Assembly (NCBI GenBank): GCA_964452165.1
Contig: CAYVKP010000004.1
Location: 5,333 to 69,332 of the forward strand
Length of the DNA stretch: 64,000 bases
Direction of reading: 5' to 3'
Source: an uncultured Gammaproteobacteria bacterium
GTDB lineage: Bacteria > Patescibacteriota > Microgenomatia > Levybacterales > GWA1-39-11
The notes under the pieces were generated by a model. The model ran no database searches and was not told where the DNA came from. It was given only the letters and a program-made list of their open reading frames with translations. Within the stretch, counting starts at the first letter, position 1, and each line of letters starts with the position of its first letter. Shown piece by piece: positions 9,401-19,797 of the stretch. The position numbers and the translations under genes were made by a program.

Positions 9401-10549
9401 ATGGTAAGGTTTAAAAAATCAAAAAATCTAAATCCTGTTCTGGGGTGTGTTTTGCTTTTGTTTGTTCTTGTACTCTTGTTCCTATTTCCAAAATTAAAGA
9501 GTGGATTTGTACACTCACCAAGCAGGAATGTTTCAGCTGAATACTCCAACCATAAATTCGCATACACTAAAAGCGGTAAAGTATTTATCTATGATCCGGC
9601 AACTTCCCAAAACACACTAGCGTTTAACAACATCTCCAATGCTTTAGATGTTCAATGGTCTCCTGATGGAAAACTTTTGACCGTAGCAAATGATGCGGTG
9701 TATTTTTACGATCCGCTTTCAAAAACCCAAAAAAGAATTCTTGATAATTTTAAAGGAACTTTATGGGGATGGAAGTCTTCGAAGGAATTTATAACTTTAC
9801 GTGAATTCAATAACAAAGGAGAAATACATGTAATAGGAACAGGTGATGGTCCTCCCGATATGAGTAAAGATAAATACACTGTTGTTTCTTTAGACGGAAA
9901 AACACAGGAGATATCGCTTCAGCAAGAAATTGGTATTGCCCAAAATAAAACAATATTCCCTGATGTACATCACTCATTTAAAGCTATAAAAACTCCCCTA
10001 CCTAGCAATCCAATTCATATCAATCTTTTGGATATAAAGCGCAATACCGAATACCACTTAGACGACACGGTTTCATATATAAAATTATCTCCAGATAACT
10101 CTAGCGTCATTACGCTTGATTCTAGTGGGATGGGTTCGGACGAAATCTGGAAGGTGTGTAAATTTGAAAATATTATTGGAGCAAACAATTGCGAAGAACT
10201 TCCCGCAAGACACCTTACTATCAGACCTAATTACAAATGGATAGACAACCATACCCTAGCGTTTATGAGCCAGGCAGAAAAAAAGGACGAATACACTTTT
10301 AATTCATATGACATACAAACCAAAACGCAAAAAGCCATTGGGAAGCCGTTACATACGGTTTTCCCCGACTCCATAGTTTTTGAAATTGCACCTGATGGAA
10401 AAAACATAGTGTATACCTACGTAGAAACTTATTCTCCCGATGGCCACGAACAGCAGTATTTTATAGCAAAAGTTTCAATTGCGGACGGTGAAGAAACTCT
10501 GCGTATCCCAAATGACCTGACAAGGGTTTCAGATGACTTACCACTTTAA
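9401..10549 (+). CDS. membrane-anchored TolB/WD40-like beta-propeller protein
   Basis: N-terminal TM; repeated WSPDG/LSPDN/IAPDG blade motifs. Confidence 0.7.
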   Translation: MVRFKKSKNLNPVLGCVLLLFVLVLLFLFPKLKSGFVHSPSRNVSAEYSNHKFAYTKSGKVFIYDPATSQNTLAFNNISNALDVQWSPDGKLLTVANDAVYFYDPLSKTQKRILDNFKGTLWGWKSSKEFITLREFNNKGEIHVIGTGDGPPDMSKDKYTVVSLDGKTQEISLQQEIGIAQNKTIFPDVHHSFKAIKTPLPSNPIHINLLDIKRNTEYHLDDTVSYIKLSPDNSSVITLDSSGMGSDEIWKVCKFENIIGANNCEELPARHLTIRPNYKWIDNHTLAFMSQAEKKDEYTFNSYDIQTKTQKAIGKPLHTVFPDSIVFEIAPDGKNIVYTYVETYSPDGHEQQYFIAKVSIADGEETLRIPNDLTRVSDDLPL

Positions 10550-10551
10550 AT

Positions 10552-11709
10552 ATGGAAGAAAATAATCAAAGACCATCGTTAGTTCAAAATCCTTCGATAG
10601 AACAATCTCCTCCTCCTTCTCCTCACACCGAAAAACCAAAACTTAAACTCCCGATTTTGATTGCGGGTGTGGTTGTGGTCTCTATTTTGAGTGTTTACTC
10701 GATAATGCTGCTAGGTAGTAAAAAAGCGGTTGCATGCCCCACTGATGCAAAAGTTTGTCCGGATGGAACTACGGTTGGAAGAATTGGCGCGCATTGCGAA
10801 TTCGGCAAGTGCCCAGTCCCATCAATTTCTCCAGTATCAGCTGATCCAACCGCCAACTGGAAAATCTATTCAAATACCTTGAGCAATTTTTCTCTAAAAT
10901 ACCCAAGGGATTGGGGAGTAGGATATGAATCGGAAGACCTTGTCATGTTACGAAGAGCCGGGGCGCCATTTGTAGAATCACCAATTCAGCTGTGGATTTA
11001 TAAAAATACGGAAGGGCTTGATTTGCTAACGTATCTCAAAACAAAAATATTTCCTGGCCCGCTACCCGTTACTTCCACCGCAGACAAACTTACAAATATC
11101 AAGGTCGGCAGTATGGATGCAGTAAGGGCAGATGGTATTGTGGGCGGAAAAGGTGGGTTTGGTCCCGGAACATTTTTTGGTAATAATAAGGTAGTCGTGG
11201 GAATAGTCCTTGAAGATGCTGCGGGAAATCCGGCAATATTAAACCAAATTATCTCAACCTTTAAATTCACAAATAATAATCAGTTTGGTCCAAGTCCTAC
11301 CGTCACTACAAACACAAAAATCTATTCAAGTCAGTATATGACATTTCGATATCCTCAGCCTTGGAATCCCACTCCTTCACAATCCCTTGGAGGAGCCACT
11401 GCGGAAGCATTAAATCTTGGTATTCCCGGAAACAATGGCGATAATTCGATTGGTTTTTATTCTCCGGATTATTCTACGATACAAATTAATGACGCCGTTT
11501 CCCAAAAACCTATAACTATTGGTGGGAGAAGCGGAATGAAGTATATTCGTAAATCTACACTAAGCAATTCACTGATATATTCGTATGACTATATGACAAC
11601 AGGATATCAAAACACGGGGTCTTTTTCCCTTCACGTAAGCGTCCCCGCTTTAGATACAACTCTTGAAACACAATTAGATAATCTGGTTGCTACAATCGTG
11701 TTTAAATGA
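10552..11709 (+). CDS. MEENN-family surface protein, Cys-rich module plus two PsbP-like domains
   Basis: TM, CPTDAKVCPDG motif, TANWKIY..YP..W, QIISTFKF. Confidence 0.8.
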   Translation: MEENNQRPSLVQNPSIEQSPPPSPHTEKPKLKLPILIAGVVVVSILSVYSIMLLGSKKAVACPTDAKVCPDGTTVGRIGAHCEFGKCPVPSISPVSADPTANWKIYSNTLSNFSLKYPRDWGVGYESEDLVMLRRAGAPFVESPIQLWIYKNTEGLDLLTYLKTKIFPGPLPVTSTADKLTNIKVGSMDAVRADGIVGGKGGFGPGTFFGNNKVVVGIVLEDAAGNPAILNQIISTFKFTNNNQFGPSPTVTTNTKIYSSQYMTFRYPQPWNPTPSQSLGGATAEALNLGIPGNNGDNSIGFYSPDYSTIQINDAVSQKPITIGGRSGMKYIRKSTLSNSLIYSYDYMTTGYQNTGSFSLHVSVPALDTTLETQLDNLVATIVFK

Positions 11710-11712
11710 ACC

Positions 11713-12888
11713 ATGGAAGAAAATAATCAAAACCAAAGCCAGCCGAATCAAGTAACTCCTCCACCTGTTCAGCCGACGGTCGAACAGAATGCTCCTGTCC
11801 CTCCGCCTCTCTCAAAAAAACCAAAACTTAAACTCCTGATTTCAATAGCCGTGGTTTTATTTTTTCTATTTGCTATTGGTAGCGCGTTGGCAGCTTATTT
11901 TTTTGTGCCTCGATGTCCAAACCCTCCAACTCAAAAGGATATATTCGGAGATGTTAGATCCCAGAATTCCATTTGTATTACATGGGGAGATACTACTAAA
12001 ACTGCCAAGAGAAATGGAACCTCTCAAAATCTACGGCCTCAGGTCTCTCACACTCCAACTCCCGATTCCACCGCCAATTGGAAAACATATACAAACGGTC
12101 AGTACGGGTTTTCAATAAAATACCCTGAAACATGGGAGGAAAAACCGGGGCCGTATTTGGATGGGTTTTATGCCCCACCTTCATCCGAATGTCTTCCGCC
12201 TCACGCCTGTGGAGGATCAACTATGGGTTTTAATATCGACGTACGGGATAACCTTTATAAATCCATTCAAGAACACATAAACAAATTCCCCGATATGTAT
12301 AGCCTTACACATTTTGTACCATATAATTCATTCGGCAACAAAGGGTGGATGATAGATAGAAATGGCTTAGGAGCAGGCGCAAATCAGCAAATATTAATTC
12401 CAATTGAGACATCAATAATCAGTGTAACGTGCTCTCTTTGCGATGACAAATTAACTGACCAAATCCTTTCAACCTTCAAAATAATCAATAAAGTATCTAA
12501 TATACAACAGGGGGAAGGCTTTTCTTTCGTACTTCCCTACGGATTTTCTGTCCATCAAAAATCTCCATCTGAAACGTCCTTTATTGGTAAAGGCTATACC
12601 AATCCCACAATTTTTTTAAAAAACCAATCAACCCCATTTATCAAACCTGTGGTTTCCGCAACTCCTGAAAAAGCGGGAGAAATAAGTGGGGTTGAAAAAT
12701 CTACAATAACTGTTGGCGGTAAGAATATAGAAAAATATATCGTCAGCTGCAACGCAGCAGATTGCTATTATGCAAAGGTGTATTTCAATGTTAACGGAAG
12801 ATATTATGAATTTCAAATGGATATTGCTGGAGGAGGCCTTATATTACGACTCGATGACATTATTCACTCTTTGAAATTTACAAATTAA
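11713..12888 (+). CDS. MEENN-family surface protein, two PsbP-like domains
   Basis: TM, TANWKTY..YPETW, QILSTFK. Confidence 0.8.
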   Translation: MEENNQNQSQPNQVTPPPVQPTVEQNAPVPPPLSKKPKLKLLISIAVVLFFLFAIGSALAAYFFVPRCPNPPTQKDIFGDVRSQNSICITWGDTTKTAKRNGTSQNLRPQVSHTPTPDSTANWKTYTNGQYGFSIKYPETWEEKPGPYLDGFYAPPSSECLPPHACGGSTMGFNIDVRDNLYKSIQEHINKFPDMYSLTHFVPYNSFGNKGWMIDRNGLGAGANQQILIPIETSIISVTCSLCDDKLTDQILSTFKIINKVSNIQQGEGFSFVLPYGFSVHQKSPSETSFIGKGYTNPTIFLKNQSTPFIKPVVSATPEKAGEISGVEKSTITVGGKNIEKYIVSCNAADCYYAKVYFNVNGRYYEFQMDIAGGGLILRLDDIIHSLKFTN

Positions 12889-12890
12889 TT

Positions 12891-14108
12891 ATGGAAGAAA
12901 ATAATCAAACACCACCGATTCAAAGTCTACCAGCCGAACAAAACGTTCCAACTGCTTCACCTATTCAAAACGAAATACCGAAATCAAAATTTAGCATTAA
13001 AAAAACTGTGACAATTGTTTTTCTTTTTTTCGTAGGTATTATAATTCTATATATAGGTTTTAATCTGGTTTATTCGGCTTTGGGACTCAGGGGAGATAAT
13101 TACATTCCGCAGCTTAAACCTCTACCTACACAAACGGTATCTCCCACACCGGTCGACCTAACCGCCAACTGGGAAACATACTCTAATTCAGATCTGGGTG
13201 TCACATTTAACTATCCTAAAGGTTATGATATAAAAACAAACAAAGTTGAAGACCCAAAGGATGGTAGCGATGTTTTTTATGCAGGGTTTTTAATACCTAA
13301 AGATAATGCAAGCGTAGTAATAACTAGGGCAAGCCCAAATTTTTTAAGAGAAGTTCCATATAGTAAAACCTCTATCTCAGAGGAAGAATTTTATAACCCC
13401 GCAAATAACTTTTGGTTAAAAGGTAATATAGACAATGGAGCCGAGGGCACAATGTATGAAATACCGCAAATAATAAATGCTGGGGAAAATAAGTTTATAG
13501 TTCAAGCACGTAAGCCAATTAGGCCTTATCAGGGAGTAAAAGGAAATGAATTATACTATAACTATTACCATTGGCTAAGTAGTTCTGATGTTATTACGAT
13601 TGTGCTTTCAACAACTTCAGACAATCCAAAAAACGATGCCGCAAATCAAACTTTTCAACAAATCCTCTCAACCTTCAAATTTACAGAACAAAACCAGGCA
13701 GGCGACACTTCAACCTGGAAAACATTTACCAATAGCTATGCTCATTATTCGTTAAAATACCCTGCAAAAATGAAGCAAAGCTCAAACCAACGCGTAGATT
13801 CTTTTATTGCCGGCTACCAAACAGTCAGAGGCTTAGCAGGAGGACCAAATATGAATATTACATACTGGACAATTGAACAAGCAGCTTCTTTAGCTCTTCC
13901 AATTACCATTCCAACGCCTGGACCAAACAGAATAAAAATTGACGGTGATGATACAAATATATCATTTAGTCAGCTAGCAGGTATAACAATTGGTCCCTTT
14001 AAAAAGGGTGATTTTTATTACCAAATTGACTACTTTGATGATGGTGGTTTTACCTCTGTACCAACTGAACTTGACCAAATCCTCCCAACATTCAAATTCA
14101 CGAATTGA
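12891..14108 (+). CDS. MEENN-family surface protein, two PsbP-like domains
   Basis: TANWETY..YP, QILSTFKF, second TSTWKTF..YP and QILPTFKF. Confidence 0.8.
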   Translation: MEENNQTPPIQSLPAEQNVPTASPIQNEIPKSKFSIKKTVTIVFLFFVGIIILYIGFNLVYSALGLRGDNYIPQLKPLPTQTVSPTPVDLTANWETYSNSDLGVTFNYPKGYDIKTNKVEDPKDGSDVFYAGFLIPKDNASVVITRASPNFLREVPYSKTSISEEEFYNPANNFWLKGNIDNGAEGTMYEIPQIINAGENKFIVQARKPIRPYQGVKGNELYYNYYHWLSSSDVITIVLSTTSDNPKNDAANQTFQQILSTFKFTEQNQAGDTSTWKTFTNSYAHYSLKYPAKMKQSSNQRVDSFIAGYQTVRGLAGGPNMNITYWTIEQAASLALPITIPTPGPNRIKIDGDDTNISFSQLAGITIGPFKKGDFYYQIDYFDDGGFTSVPTELDQILPTFKFTN

Positions 14109-14110
14109 CT

Positions 14111-14872
14111 ATGGAAGAAAATAATCAAACAAAAAAAATAACTTCACAGGCCGAAGATTTGCATATGGAAGGAAATGCAGCTATTCCTGAAAAACCTAAG
14201 TCAAAATTTAAGCTCTCAATTATTATTGGTACCGTTTTGTTTTTAATACTACTCGTTACGACTTATACAACTTATGCATTCATGAAGGCACAAAAACAAA
14301 CTGCTTGCGCCACTGATGCAAAGGTCTGTCCTGATGGAGCGACCGTTGGAAGAATCGGCGCACATTGCGAATTCGGTAAGTGCCCCGTTCCCTCAATCTC
14401 CCCGACTCCCGCCCCCGTAGAAAATATAGATAATTTATTCTCAGTAACTCTACCTGATGGTTGGACAAAAACAATAGATTATGATCCATATGCTGGAAAG
14501 GACCATAATGTTTATTTTTTATCTCCCGATTTTAAACAGGGTGGACAAGATCAATCAACTGGAACACAAATATCTGTTCACGTAAAGGTGGGAACACCGA
14601 ATGAAGATTTAAAAACTGAAGCGAATAAGCTAGCTACATTTGATCCAAAAGGCTGCACGAGTACAGTGAAAGAGATAACTATCGGAGGCGTGAGAGGATA
14701 CGAAGGCATATGCGATAGAGTTGCGGGTAGATTTAATCCAGACTATAGCAGATACTATTTTTTTAAAAATGGTCAATATGTTTGGTCCATAATGACCTTT
14801 GCATACAAAGCTAATTCGGTATATTTTAATCAAATAGATCAAATCCTCTCAACCTTTAAATTCACGAAGTAA
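14111..14872 (+). CDS. MEENN-family surface protein, Cys-rich module plus one PsbP-like domain
   Basis: CATDAKVCPDG motif, LPDGW, QILSTFKF. Confidence 0.8.
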   Translation: MEENNQTKKITSQAEDLHMEGNAAIPEKPKSKFKLSIIIGTVLFLILLVTTYTTYAFMKAQKQTACATDAKVCPDGATVGRIGAHCEFGKCPVPSISPTPAPVENIDNLFSVTLPDGWTKTIDYDPYAGKDHNVYFLSPDFKQGGQDQSTGTQISVHVKVGTPNEDLKTEANKLATFDPKGCTSTVKEITIGGVRGYEGICDRVAGRFNPDYSRYYFFKNGQYVWSIMTFAYKANSVYFNQIDQILSTFKFTK

Positions 14873-14873
14873 T

Positions 14874-15905
14874 ATGGAAGAAAATAATTTAAGTCAGCCG
14901 AACCCTGCACCATCTGCTCAAAATCCTCCGGGGCAGAAAGATACCAACGACACAACCAATAAGGTTCTGAGAAGTATACTAGCGATTTGTTGCTTCGCGC
15001 TCGGCTCGCTTCAGTTGGTTATTCCTGCAGTTTTGGCGCTGTTGGTTTTACCTCAATTAATCAAACTTTATCACAACCTAAATCTTAGTATGCCCCCTTC
15101 AGCTTATATAGGTTATGTAATTTGCGCGGTTATCTTTATAGCCGGAATTGTAAATATTTACCTTGGAATAAAAGTGCTTAAGGGCTCGAGATATACCATA
15201 CAAGCGATTATATTTTTAATTGTTTCCTTTTTCTTGATGGGAGCACTTTCTGCCGGAGTTGTCCTTTCAGTTATAAATCCTATTTATAAATTGGTTGGGA
15301 ACATAGATAATTCAAGTGAAAATACCGCTATCTCCTCCACTCCAACACCTGACCCAACCACCAATTGGAAAACGTACTCTAACTCCGAATATAATTTCAG
15401 CTTTAAATATCCACCCATGTACGACTTGAGAATGGAAGGTAAAGCGCCTTATATATACAAAGACAGAGTACTTACAGACGCTGGAGGGTTTGCGGGAGGA
15501 AGTGTTCTAAAAAAGGGGGTGGTAATATTATTTGACGGTTATACAAACAAGGATATTTCGGAAAATGCATTAAAATCTGAATTCGGAACAGAAATATTGA
15601 TACGATCTAAAAGCTTAGGAGGGGAAAATGGTACGCTTGTCTCGATCCCTTCAAATCAATATGAACAAAGATTATTCATTCCTTATGGGAACAATAAAAC
15701 ACTTGCAATAACTCTTTCCTTTGGATTTGAAACTCCCAATGAAGAAAGAAAACTTTATGCAAAAGAGTTTGAACAAATTCTCTCGACCTTCAAATTCACC
15801 GATTCGAACCTGTCTCCTTCCCCAACTTGCACTCCTCGCCCTGCGTGTCTTGATGCTACTCCACGCTGTATGATACCGGAACTTGAAAGTTACTGTAAGA
15901 AATAA
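14874..15905 (+). CDS. MEENN-family protein, 3 TM helices plus PsbP-like domain and Cys-rich tail
   Basis: TTNWKTY..YP, QILSTFKF, CTPRPACLDATPRC. Confidence 0.8.
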   Translation: MEENNLSQPNPAPSAQNPPGQKDTNDTTNKVLRSILAICCFALGSLQLVIPAVLALLVLPQLIKLYHNLNLSMPPSAYIGYVICAVIFIAGIVNIYLGIKVLKGSRYTIQAIIFLIVSFFLMGALSAGVVLSVINPIYKLVGNIDNSSENTAISSTPTPDPTTNWKTYSNSEYNFSFKYPPMYDLRMEGKAPYIYKDRVLTDAGGFAGGSVLKKGVVILFDGYTNKDISENALKSEFGTEILIRSKSLGGENGTLVSIPSNQYEQRLFIPYGNNKTLAITLSFGFETPNEERKLYAKEFEQILSTFKFTDSNLSPSPTCTPRPACLDATPRCMIPELESYCKK

Positions 15906-16090
15906 CTATTTCTTCTCAAAACCTGCCGGCATGCAGGTAATCCAAGCCTTGAATATATCTCTCAATATACTCTTTATTGTCTAACGTCGTACGAATGTTG
16001 GATTGATAATGTTATAACATTTGTTATAACTTATGTAATTATGATTCTTAAGACTACGCAGTATTTAATAAGTATGATAGATCATACTAT

Positions 16091-17860
16091 TCACTTGTGT
16101 TCGAAGTAATCGGTTAATATTTTCTTGGCGATTGGGCCTGCAATACTTGACCCTTCTCCCCCATTCTCAACGAGAACGGTGACTGCAATTTCCGGTTTAT
16201 CAAATGGCGCGAATACCGTAATCCAAGCATCTGGATTTTTGTCTCCACCAACTTCAGCGGTTCCGGTTTTACATGCAACTTTGACCCGCGTCATCTGTGC
16301 AGAATCAGACGAGTCTTTAAAATAATCTTTATTGTCGATTGGTAAGTTTGTATTTTTTACTTTAAAACCGAAAAACGGCCAAGCAACTCCACCGGAATCA
16401 CAAGCATCTTCCATCCCTTGGCGTACCAAATTCATATTGGGGCTTTTTATAAAATCCTTCTTCAAGACTTTTCTCTGCCCCTGTAAAAGATGCGGCTGAT
16501 AGACGGTGCCACCATTTGCAAAAACGTCGGTAAACATATTTACCTGTAAGGGCGTTGTAAGTAAATACCCTTGCCCAATTCCGTAGTTGTAAGTATCTCC
16601 CAAATACCATTGCTCGCCAATTGTTTTCATTTTCCACTCAACGGTCGGTACAGTCCCCGTAGCCTCTCCCGGAAGATCGATATTGAATTTAGAACCAAGA
16701 CCAAAAGTTCTGGCCCAGGAAGAAACGTTATCAACCCCAGTTGCCTCGGCGGTTTTGTAGAAGAAAATATCGTTTGAGCGTTTGATTGCACCGACTATAT
16801 TAAGACTTCCTTCAGTCCTTCCGTATTGCAGGAAATACCAGTTACCAAAAGAGAATGTTCCGACTTTAAGAATTCCGGTGTCTTCAATTTGCGTGTCCGG
16901 TTTTATTGCGCCGTGTTCTAGAGCTGCTGTTGCTGCAATCAGTTTGAATGTTGAACCAGGAGGATAGACACCCGAGATTGCTCTATCTAAGAGCGGGCGG
17001 CGGTCAGAATCTGTCAAAATACTTTCTACTGTTTTGTAATCACCCTCAAGGTCTTGCGAGTCTTTTGCGGACGTCACAAAAACGTTAGGGTCAAAAGTTG
17101 GTTGTGAATACATTGCAAGAATTGATCCGTCCCTGGGGTCTGATACAACGACTGCTCCGTTTTGATTTTTCTCAAACGCATGAGATGCGGAGAGTTGAAT
17201 ATCCAGATCAAGCGTTGTCCGAAGACTTTGGCCCGTTATTGGCTCCTGTTGCCCTAGCTCTCGCGTATACTGCCCTCTTGAATCTACCTCAAATAACTTT
17301 TTCCCATTATTTCCGTGCAAAAGTTTTTCGTATTGCCGCTCAAGTCCAATTTGACCCACGGAATCATTGATGGAGTAGTCAGAAAATTCCGGCATGTTGA
17401 CTTGATCCGGAGAGATCTGACCTACATATCCCAGAACGTGAGCGAATGCGCTTTTGTAAAGATAGGTCCTTTGGGTTGCACTCACTACATCTTTTCCTTG
17501 AGAGATGAGAGACAGAGCTTGTTTCTCATCAATTTTTTTCAAATGTCCGTGATCGCTGACTTGAAAAGTTGCGCTGTTTGCTACTAAGGGTCTGCCACGT
17601 CTATCGTAGACTATTCCGCGTGGCGCCTGTACCACTTCAGTCCTGGTCCTATTATTGTCAGAAAGTCCTTTGTAATAAGAACCACGCAAGATCTGTACAT
17701 AAAAAAGTCTGACAAAGATAATTGACAGTAGAAGAATCAAAATAAAAAGAGGTAGCAGGTAGGCCGATCCCTGTGGCAATGAATAACCGAAATTTCTACC
17801 CCTACCCTTTCTATTTGTTGCGGAGACTGAGTCAAAAAAAGCGGGTCCGATTTTTACCAT
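16091..17860 (-). CDS. mrdA: penicillin-binding protein 2
   Basis: PRGIVYDR, PGSTFK (SxxK), SND, KTGT; follows mreC-mreD. Confidence 0.92.
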   Translation of the reverse strand: MVKIGPAFFDSVSATNRKGRGRNFGYSLPQGSAYLLPLFILILLLSIIFVRLFYVQILRGSYYKGLSDNNRTRTEVVQAPRGIVYDRRGRPLVANSATFQVSDHGHLKKIDEKQALSLISQGKDVVSATQRTYLYKSAFAHVLGYVGQISPDQVNMPEFSDYSINDSVGQIGLERQYEKLLHGNNGKKLFEVDSRGQYTRELGQQEPITGQSLRTTLDLDIQLSASHAFEKNQNGAVVVSDPRDGSILAMYSQPTFDPNVFVTSAKDSQDLEGDYKTVESILTDSDRRPLLDRAISGVYPPGSTFKLIAATAALEHGAIKPDTQIEDTGILKVGTFSFGNWYFLQYGRTEGSLNIVGAIKRSNDIFFYKTAEATGVDNVSSWARTFGLGSKFNIDLPGEATGTVPTVEWKMKTIGEQWYLGDTYNYGIGQGYLLTTPLQVNMFTDVFANGGTVYQPHLLQGQRKVLKKDFIKSPNMNLVRQGMEDACDSGGVAWPFFGFKVKNTNLPIDNKDYFKDSSDSAQMTRVKVACKTGTAEVGGDKNPDAWITVFAPFDKPEIAVTVLVENGGEGSSIAGPIAKKILTDYFEHK

Positions 17861-18261
17861 AAAGGCTTCTTAAAAACGTAAGAAAATATTCCAGTAGCAA
17901 CCGCAAAGACCAAAATATAGATTACTAAGTTATCGTTGTAGGAAAAAGCTCTTGCAAAAGCGTAAGAAGCAAAGAATAAAACTAAAATAATTGGCCCTAT
18001 GCTTTTAAAATTTACCATCTTCTTTATGAATTCGATTGCGGCAAATGATCCCAGAATCACAACCGGAGTGATTCCGATCGGTGACACCTTGAGAGCATCA
18101 AGCAAGAGCCCAGCAAAAAAACATGCTATCACAACCACACCTTGCGGATAAAGAATATATGCAAGTAAAGAAAGAGCGAAGACAAGCGGAAATGGCAAAA
18201 TTGTTGTTTCAAGTATTAAAGCACCTAAAATCAGCGCAAAAATTAAATTCCTGGTGTTCAT
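17854..18261 (-). CDS. mreD: rod shape-determining protein MreD-like membrane protein
   Basis: Hydrophobic, GLLLD motif, located between mreC and mrdA. Confidence 0.7.
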   Translation of the reverse strand: MNTRNLIFALILGALILETTILPFPLVFALSLLAYILYPQGVVVIACFFAGLLLDALKVSPIGITPVVILGSFAAIEFIKKMVNFKSIGPIILVLFFASYAFARAFSYNDNLVIYILVFAVATGIFSYVFKKPLW

Positions 18262-19034
18262 TTTGAAGAAAGGATAACGAAAACTGTTGCAAGGTGGGCA
18301 AATGGAATACTGCTTTCAACTTTTGCGGTTTGGAAAGCGAGAGCATCATTTCTGTTAACTTTTGAGATTTTTCCGATCAGCAAATCCGCTGGGACTCCAA
18401 GACCATGCTCGTCAATTTGTCCTGCGGTCTTAACCCCTTCTCCTTCAATAATTTTGTCTTTTATAGCCACGTGGTCAAAAAGAATAAAATCATCTTGACC
18501 GTGAACAATGCCGGACGCATTATTTTCAACACTCACCGCGACCGTTGAAAAACCTGGTCCCGTTAGTAACTCCACCCGTGAATAAGCACTCTTAACGGAA
18601 GTTATCTTTCCAACCAAATTATCTCCGAAGATCACGGCCATTCCTTTTTTCACTCCGTCTTTTTCTCCCAGAGCAACTATAAGATACGAGGGCGATGGAC
18701 CGCTCCCCTGCGAACCGACAACCCGACCGGGTAGCAAATTGTAGCCTTGGGTTTGTGACGTCTCAAACTGACTACGCAATGCATCGTTGTCTTTTTTCAA
18801 ATTTTCATAGTTCACAAGCTTTTTCAGAATCCTTGAGTTATCATTTTTAAGTTTTTTTATCTCAGGACTATCTCCTCCCATTTTAGTTTTTATATCGTAA
18901 AGTGCGGATTTAGGCGGAGAGAATACGTTCTGGACGAGCGAGGAGATACCTTTAACCGGGGGGAAAGTGTTGTTTAGAAGAATCAAAAGGGCAATGACAA
19001 AAAAAACTGCGAGTACTAGATATGATTTTCGCAT
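18258..19034 (-). CDS. mreC: rod shape-determining protein MreC
   Basis: TM, coiled coil, GVKKGMAV..LVGKI beta domain. Confidence 0.9.
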   Translation of the reverse strand: MRKSYLVLAVFFVIALLILLNNTFPPVKGISSLVQNVFSPPKSALYDIKTKMGGDSPEIKKLKNDNSRILKKLVNYENLKKDNDALRSQFETSQTQGYNLLPGRVVGSQGSGPSPSYLIVALGEKDGVKKGMAVIFGDNLVGKITSVKSAYSRVELLTGPGFSTVAVSVENNASGIVHGQDDFILFDHVAIKDKIIEGEGVKTAGQIDEHGLGVPADLLIGKISKVNRNDALAFQTAKVESSIPFAHLATVFVILSSK

Positions 19035-19047
19035 ATCCTCTATTCTA

Positions 19048-19084
19048 CCCTTCGTTGTGACTCAGGGCAAGCCCCGAGCAGAAG
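19048..19084. repeat. short palindromic (REP-like) element
   Basis: CCCTTC..CTCAGGGCAAGCCCCGAG; similar to 53538-53561. Confidence 0.45.
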
Positions 19085-19134
19085 CTTTTTCAAACTCAGT
19101 TTGAAATTGAAAAACCAATTGATATAATTCCTCC

Positions 19135-19797
19135 ATGACATTACCCAAAGACGTCCCGAATTCAGAAGCCGTCCCTTCTTGGCGAGAAACTTGGGCTGAG
19201 GCCAACTATCATGCAGCACTAGTAATCCCACGACTAGGAGGCCTACCGAACAGATTTGAGACAGGAGATTTTAGAGGTCAACATCACATAAAGAATGGTA
19301 TCTTTCTGTTCGATTTCCAACCCAAAATTGGCAAATATCCTTATTCCACTATATATCTTGATCACCCCATTGACGGATCCGGCTTTGATTTAGGACTCGT
19401 AAGCTTAAGAGTCCAAACAGACGAGACACACCGCTATGGTCTTAAATTTGGAACCTTGATTTATGCGGAGGAAAGAACTGACAAAAATGAGGACTATCCC
19501 CTCATCCGCTCTGTTTGGTCCGACGATGGCAAATGGAAGTCAACGGTCTTAAAATTATCAGAAACATCGGGAGGTGAATGGACGCCGGCAAGCCATTTAC
19601 CACAAATCCCGTGGGGAATGTCTAATATGAATTCGCTTCTTGAAATGGGCCTGACGGATCTTACTGATGTTGAACGTTACTTTGAACAAAATGTGCCAAG
19701 AACTATTGACTATGATGCAAAGGCAAGAGAAATACTTGATAGCTCTGGCTTACGGGAGTTTCAAACAGCGCTTCAAAGACCAGGTAATTACACCTAA
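19135..19797 (+). CDS. hypothetical protein
   Basis: 220-aa ORF with TGATATAAT just upstream (leaderless). Confidence 0.7.
   Translation: MTLPKDVPNSEAVPSWRETWAEANYHAALVIPRLGGLPNRFETGDFRGQHHIKNGIFLFDFQPKIGKYPYSTIYLDHPIDGSGFDLGLVSLRVQTDETHRYGLKFGTLIYAEERTDKNEDYPLIRSVWSDDGKWKSTVLKLSETSGGEWTPASHLPQIPWGMSNMNSLLEMGLTDLTDVERYFEQNVPRTIDYDAKAREILDSSGLREFQTALQRPGNYT

Noticed and set aside
10552-15905. Diversity-generating retroelement acting on the MEENN genes
   Set aside because: No reverse transcriptase in the window; differences between repeats are mostly synonymous and not adenine-specific.
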